From Phoronis australis (taxonomy: Eukaryota; Animalia; Phoronida), in NCBI GenBank assembly GCA_002633005.1, contig NMRA01000795.1, positions 77,861 to 141,860 on the forward strand: a stretch of 64,000 nt of DNA. The letters run 5' to 3'. Position numbers and translations under genes: made by a program. The first letter of the stretch is position 1, and each line of letters opens with the position of its first letter. The notes below the pieces were generated by a model, which saw nothing but the letters and a program-made list of their open reading frames with translations, did no database searches and was not told the origin of the DNA. Below, piece after piece: positions 60,011-64,000 of the stretch.

Positions 60011-62700
60011 GAGTGACTCCATATAAAAACCAACAGGTAGAGTCTATACCCAAAATCACCGATTTTTTTGAAACTTAGCATATGAGTTTGGTTTGTTGAG
60101 ATGTAGAAAAACCTCACTTTTTAAGAATTTTCATTCATTATTTTTCTTTTTATGACCTGTACCTCCATTTTGCAACAAAATTGGGCGTCGAAGTAGGCAT
60201 GTTTGAATGCATTTTACTAGCATGTGTGGTAAGGTCAAAACAAATGAATAATACGAATTGAAAGGGCAGAGGCTAAATAATTTAATGGCATAACTTTTAA
60301 AATCTTTTTTTAAATTTGTACGTTTTTGAATTTGTGTGGCAAAAACGGCTATTTTTCAGGTTTTCACTGAAGCCATTTTCGGCCAAATTTGGCACTCTGT
60401 AGCAGCCATAACGCACCTTTCCTGAAATTGACTTTATAATAATTTGTTTGGTCATTCCTAACCTGCTCATAATCTAAAATAAAAAATCTTGCCTCTAAAA
60501 ATGTAGTTTTTGCGTACGAAGCATTACACGAACTGCACTTCGCCCTTTTGCATGTTCTCAGTTGCCTCTGCTGCCAATAGGGGGCTCTTGGAACATATAA
60601 TTAGCTTGCGAAACACGACATAAAAACCTTGTAGTTTGGAGAAAAGGCAGGCAGCATTATTAATTACCATTCTCTGAAAACGGCATTGATGATTATTGCT
60701 TATTACAAAAATATGTAACGTAAATCAACTGGCATGCGTGGTTCTAAATGATAGATGGCGGGCGCTGCTTTTGTTTACGTGGAGACTGAAGACGCATCGT
60801 CTCATCTAAATAGTACTCCGAGGCTGCCTCAAATGATGCTCCGGTTCTTGTATCTGAAAGCATTTCTGACCACTGTCGTGCGATGTGGTCATACGTGGTT
60901 TCCCTCTGTAAATGTTCAGTGTGGTTACCTACATCCAAATGCTGATCTACTTCTGCGCCTCTAGTAAAAACTTTTGAGTAACCTTGATGGGTAAAAGTGA
61001 ACTTTTGTTGAGGCTCTTCACTAGATACAGTGCCAACCTTAACTCTTGGTGCTGAAAATCCGCCATGTCTAAAGATGTTAGTGTATTTTAGGGAAATAGA
61101 TATCCCATTTTCTCAGTATTTGTAAGAACTTACCGTCACCTGCATGGAATGATTTCCACACGCGAATTCCTTGGGTGGAATAGTGGGAATTTGGGAATGC
61201 GCTTATACCAGGAACTGAGTATTTTGGAAAAGTCTTTGTTGAATTGACTGAACATGCATACACATAACATCCCTTTACACGGCCACTGGAAAGTAATGCT
61301 TCTTTTAAATCCATCAAGTTAATGATATTGCTACCTTCGGCTACAAAGTACTTTGCATGTTGTTTGAGTGGAGCGATCTTCCGATCACAGAGATCCTTTC
61401 CATTCTGACTTTCACTAAAGTCATATCTCGAAACAGAAATGCCGGTAGAATTTGACAAGGCTGCTACGTTCAGGAGGAGAGGAGTAGAGTGGTAACATCC
61501 AGCATTACCTGACTCTTCCATGACTGGTCCTGTTCAGTCAGAAATTCACCGACTCTGGGTAGTACGAGTTCGTACTCTGGCACAGGCCTTTCTTTGTGAG
61601 GTAGTTTCCTGTATCTCAAATGTTCAGTGGTGTCTTTGACAAAACTCACTAAAGCACAAAGCTTCTGTGATCGGATTTTTGCAGAATAAACTCTAAAGGA
61701 ACATGAAGGCCAATCGACATCGTCCATTTTGTCTTTTTAAAATGCACTTGCTTCTCTCAAAACCAGTCATTACAAATATCAATTCTTACTCGTTTAATCT
61801 TAAAGGCATTTATTTCCGTTTAAAAGTTCTACAGAGTGTTTGAATTAACTTGANATTTATTTCCATTTAAAAGTTCTACAGAGTGTTTAAATTAACCTGA
61901 TAATGTAAAAGAAATGAAAGAATACAAGAGAGTTACACGTACATTTTTTATATATCCTCAAGCTTAACCTCAACTGACTCCCTCAGTGGGCAAAGGTCGT
62001 CGGGTTCAGTTTTGATACTAGCCGCGTAATAAACCCGGAAAACACCTTGTTTTCATTTGAAAGAGTTTAGTCTTGGTTTCTATAACTATTTAAAGCAGAC
62101 TTCTTGCCTAAAAGTTTGTTCAAATGGTCTGTAAACTCTGCTCGTCATTTCCAAACTATGAAAACAGACTGTTTTGCAAGACAATTTCCACTAAAGTGCA
62201 AAGTTGAGGCAAGATTTTTTATTGCTCAGTCATCAAAACTAACTATTTAACTGTATGTTCAAAACGTCCCATAAGGCTACAAGGTGTTTTATGGCAGTAA
62301 GAAGGTCACAAAAATAGCCACTAAAATTAGCCCCCAAAAGTGGTCTGTGGATTATCTCCCCTGTCTAGCACAAAACTGTCAGATTTTAATAAATGACACA
62401 GAGTTATGCACAGTATACGTTGGTTATTTCAGCCACCCAAATATAGCTTTTGATCTATTTTGCATGTTACTCATTTTTGNGTTGCTGAAAACATGCGATT
62501 TTTGAGACGGCTAATATGCCCAATTGTGCCAATTTGTGTTATCATGCTCCAGCGGCGAAATTAGGGGTCATTGAGTGCACAAAATTTGGCCTTTGGGTTT
62601 TTGTTAGGATACCTACCCATGTACAAAAAATGAAGTTGTTTTAAATTTTGACGTATAGACTAATTTTTAAAAATCTACTGGTTTTTATATGGACTGCCTC
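60011..62700 (-). mobile_element. Sola3-like DNA transposon, internally deleted and degenerate (spans two N joins)
   Basis: TTAA|GAGTGACTCCATATAAAAACC at 60011 and GGTTTTTATATGGACTGCCTC|TTAA at 62700. Transposase remnants at 61727-61470 (N-terminal, ..EYELVLPRVG) and 61521-61078 (SGNAGCYH..YDFSESQNGKDLCDRKIAPLK). Family assignment is from recalled motifs. Confidence 0.6.
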
Positions 62701-63285
62701 TTAAATGTTAAGGTGATGTAGCACCCTTGGAAAGTGTCCAAATTTGCCTAATTTCAACTCAAAAAATGGACTCGTGTGAAATCTTCAGTACTTTTACCCA
62801 AAATGATGTTAAGATTTGTTTTTCAAATTGCTGTTCAAGTGTTCCACTTTTGCATGATAGGACTTTTTTGTCTAGAAATCTCAAAAATTGTTTAAAACAA
62901 AAACGAAATCATATTTCAGAAAACTTCTGGAAATCGCAAATTTTGCTTTAAACTAAAAAGAAATCATAATTCAGAAAACTGTGACATCGTTTTCGAGATA
63001 TCACCTCCAACATGTATATCAAACGAGATTTTATCGTGTTATTGTTACCACTGTTTCGCTTTGAATGAACCTTTTTTGCTAAAGTTACTGAAGAGACATG
63101 TTCATGTGACTCAGTAAATGAGAGTTTGGAATCCAAACTATACAGGCGGCTTTTTCCTTTCAGAAAAAAATATACTTTTATTGAGTTAAAATTGACACTT
63201 ATGATATTTGTCTAAATACAGACTTGTCGATAAGATCCTGCACAACAAGAAACTAATTATATAAGACTCTAGCAAGCTCCGCATC

Positions 63286-63660
63286 GTATGATACTTAAAT
63301 GTTTAATTGAAATTGTCGTCCTTATTAATTTTTGTGCTCATATTCACATTCATTCATATTTTTACCAATTTTTACGGATATCGAAGTTACATGCTTTAAT
63401 CCTGCATTTTGCTACACAAATAGATAACATTACATTAAATCACAAGTATTTAGCCCAGAAAGCGAAGCATTGTATGATACTTAAATGTTTAATTGAAATT
63501 GTCGTCCTTATTAATTTTTGTGCTCATATTCACATTCATTCATATTTTTACCAATTTTTACGGATATCGAAGTTACATGCTTTAATCCTGCATTTTGCTA
63601 CACAAATAGATAACATTACATTAAATCACAAGTATTTAGCCCAGAAAGCGAAGCATTGTA
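63286..63660. repeat. Exact 186-bp tandem duplication
   Basis: gtatgatacttaaatg...gcgaagcatt occurs twice back to back, giving the 62-aa repeat in ORF 63288-63779. Confidence 0.9.
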
Positions 63661-64000
63661 TCCAGACTTTGAATTCTAAAAGAATGACTTACTTAAATAA
63701 AACATTGAGCAAAAACCCCAAAAGTAAAGAGAACAAAAAACAAAACGAAAATCATATGGTTATAATGAGAACATACTAACAAGAGAATAATTTACAAAGC
63801 ATAAAACAAAACAAAATCTTGTTATCGTCTGAGAAAAAACGAGTAAACTATTGCAGTCATACCGGAGTTTCCGGGATGTGTTTTCGTATCTCTTCTAAAC
63901 ATAAAGGGATGGGTGAAATTTATGAAATATTCACTCACATATTTCATGTCAAACCCTGTAAAATATTCACTCACATATTACATGTCAAACTGTTTGAAAT

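Noticed and set aside
61808-61900. 46-bp direct repeat
   Set aside because: Straddles the N at 61854; a contig-overlap artefact.
63288-63779. 163-aa ORF with an internal repeat
   Set aside because: Produced by an exact 186-bp duplication of AT-rich sequence; no protein-like features.

Overview
AT-rich, intron-containing animal genomic DNA. The repeat content suggests an invertebrate, probably a lophotrochozoan or mollusc (inference). It is a draft assembly with single-N joins at 3100, 9067, 57592, 58509, 61854 and 62480; three of these (3100, 9067, 61854) are flanked by duplicated, probably allelic, overlaps. Four spliced genes were reconstructed by hand from GT-AG boundaries: (1) COX6A (minus, exons 1-2; the rest lies left of the window); (2) head-to-head with it, a 9-exon, 392-aa divergent clathrin heavy chain paralog that encodes only the N-terminal beta-propeller plus the start of the linker and stops at a C-terminal clathrin-box-like LIDL*; (3) METTL9 (minus, 6 exons); (4) SPG7/paraplegin (minus, 18 coding exons). 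Between METTL9 and SPG7 is an intronless orphan reading frame of about 470 codons broken by one in-frame TAA. Mobile DNA includes a miniature LTR element with a tRNA-like cassette inside its LTRs plus a solo LTR, a Penelope fragment with inverted ends and a degenerate hammerhead, an internally deleted Sola3-like transposon, a Helentron-like element, Harbinger/TTAA/hAT MITEs, LINE and SINE remnants and minisatellites. The best candidate for a novel system is the propeller-only clathrin carrying its own clathrin box.
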